From Azolla caroliniana (taxonomy: Eukaryota > Plantae > Polypodiophyta): DNA of 64,000 nucleotides. Of this stretch, positions 61,784-64,000 are shown piece by piece. Each line of letters starts with the position of its first letter. The stretch's first letter is position 1. Location of the stretch: positions 14,570,001 through 14,634,000 of the forward strand of contig JBHGNT010000020.1 in the NCBI GenBank assembly GCA_043228905.1. Direction: 5' to 3'. The notes beneath the pieces are model-generated. The model saw nothing but the letters and a program-made list of their open reading frames with translations. It ran no database searches and was not told the DNA's origin. Position numbers and translations under genes: made by a program.

Positions 61784-64000
61784 GGAAGCTTATTTGAAGT
61801 CGTGATGTGGTATTTGTTGAGGATCAAACTATCGAAGATATTGAAAAGGTCAAAGGATCCAACACTCAAGTAGATGATGGGCTTATAAATTTTGATCTGA
61901 TTCCCACGATTGAAGATGCTACATATGGAGATGCTTCAAGACGAAAACCATGAGGATGTTGATGAACTAGGTATTATAAATAATAGGGTTGAAACTAATC
62001 ATAATGATATTTGACCACAAACAGGTTTTGAGTGGGGGGAGAAAACTTCCTTACAAGAGGTGGTCAATGAACAACCTAGAAGGTCTACTAGAGAATGAAA
62101 ACGATTTGTAAGGTATCCTAGTTCAAATTATGTCTTAATCTCTGACGAGGGGGAGCCTGAAAGTTATGATGATGTTTTAAACCAAGGATGATTGGATAAA
62201 ACCCATGCACGACGAAATGAACTCATTAAAGAAAAATAATACCTTTGATTTAGTAGAACTTCCTAAGGGAAGAAAAGTTTTGAAAAATAAATGGGTGTTT
62301 AAGTAACAACAAGCTGGTGGTCACCTTGTAAAACATAAGGCTCGTTTAGTCGTAAAAGGTTTCGGCCAAAATAACGGCATTGATTTTGATGAAATTTTCT
62401 CACTAGTTGTGAAAATGAGTTCTATTCGAGTTGTCTTAGGTTTGGCAGCAACTTTAAATCTCGAGATTGAGCAGCTCGATGTAAAGACAACTTTCTTGCA
62501 TGGAGACTTGAAAGAAGAGATCTACATGGAACAACCGGAGGGTTTCGAAGAGAAAGGAAAGGAGCATATGGTATGCAAGCTGAGGAAAAGTCTTTACGGC
62601 CTAAAACAAGCACCGCGACAATGGTATAGAAGGTTTGATTCATTTATGGCGAGTCAAAACTACACCAAGACTAATGGAGATCATTGTGTTTATGTTAAGA
62701 ATTTTTCTGAAGGTAATTTTAGAATTCTCTTATTGTATGTTGATGATATGCTAATTGTAGGACAAGATGTAGACAATATCCACAAGTTAAAGGTGGATCT
62801 ATCTAAGGCCTTCGACATGAAAGATCTAGGCCATGCTAAACATATTTTAGGCATGAAAATTACTTGCAATAGGGAATGTGGAAAGTTATGGCTTTCTCAA
62901 GAAAAATACATAGAACAAGTATTAGAGAGGTTTAATATGCATAATGCAAACCTAGTAAGTACCCCCCTTGGTAGCCATTTTAAATTATGTAGAAAAGATT
63001 ATCCAAATACCGGGCAAGAGAAAGAAGATATGTCTTCAATTTCTTACTCTTCAGCGATTGGATCGTTGATGTATACTATGGTTAGCACAAGGCTAGATAT
63101 TGCCCATGCCGTTTGTGTTGTAATTAGATATGTCTCCAATCCGGATAAGTCTCATTGAGATGCCGTAAAATGGATCTTTCGATATTTAAGGGGTACATCA
63201 AAATTATGTTTATGTTTTGGAGATTCTAAACAAACTCTTGAAGGTTTTTCAGCTTCAGATATGGAAGGGGATCTCGATGGGAGAAAATCTACTTCGGCTT
63301 ACTTATTTACATTTGCAGGGGGAGCCGTATCATGGCAATCTAAGTTGCCAAAATGTGTTGCTTTGTCTACAACAGAAGCGGAATATATTGCAGCCACTGA
63401 AGCTGCCAAAGAGATGCTATGGTTGAAAAGGTTTGTTTCAGATTTGGGTTTAAGTCAACTAACTTATGTGATATTTTGTGATAGCCAAAGTGCAATGGAT
63501 CTAAGCAAGAACTCGATGTACCATTCTCGTACGAAACATATCGATGTAAGGTATCATTGGTTGTGCTCGGCAATTGAAGATCAACTTCTACAACTCAAGA
63601 AAATTCACACAGATGAAAATGTTGACGAAGGTAGTCTCTAAAGAAAAGCTTGAGCTATGTGTCAAGCTTGCTGGAATGAACAAAAACTAAGTGGTTCAAT
63701 GGAATCTTGTCCTATGTGGCCAAAGGGGAAGATTGTTAGGTTTTTTTGTCAACATTAGTATGTAAATGAAATGGGCCTTGGATGCCCAAAACTTGTATTT
63801 TTTAAATATAGTGTGAAAGGAGTTCACACAAGAAAACGTTACATATCTACACAAGAAAACGTAACTCATTTTTCTTGTGTGAGTTAAAAAGGGGGAAAAC
63901 GGGCATTTCTCCGTTGCAGCAGAGAAAAACAGATTTAAGAGAGCTCATACTCTCTTTCTTGGCTGATTCCTTCAAGTTTTCTCAAGTACACCGGCACAAT

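Larger units (their letters stand above)
55016..64000 (+). mobile_element. Old Ty1/Copia D (zinc knuckle-PR-IN-RT-RH and start of 3' LTR), interrupted by a young Copia
   Basis: CHFCGKIGHIKRYC, WVVDSG, VHSDVCGP; the integrase resumes after 61788; RT YVDDM at 62409-63158; RNase H to ~63690; PPT AAAGGGGAAGAT, then TG at 63734. Confidence 0.88.

Overview
Eukaryotic, TE-dense plant DNA. The element families and the receptor kinase look moss/bryophyte-like, but the species is an inference. No intact host gene was found. Left to right: (1) a decayed two-ORF DNA-transposon-like locus, with a DUF7869/Sola-like DDE transposase and a divergent orphan ORF separated by a nested 253-bp palindrome built from ~50-bp hairpin units; (2) a three-level LTR nest: old Copia > Copia with iMet PBS > pol-less Gypsy-type gag element with a tRNA-Trp PBS and 4-bp TSD; (3) a 5'-truncated RTE-X-like LINE; (4) two tandem malectin-LRR receptor kinase pseudogenes (LRR-I/SYMRK-like architecture), one lacking its ectodomain through a microhomology deletion. 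The same kinase intron was hit independently in each copy, by a young Copia in copy 1 and by an L1 in copy 2. The L1 3' tail carries a ~145-bp tandem array, captured sugar-transporter exon fragments and a nested Copia; a short orphan copy of the same 3' end lies 6 kb upstream; (5) an old Copia with an inverted LTR-PBS-gag segment, hosting a very young Copia. All coordinates and identities were read by eye and no database searches were run.
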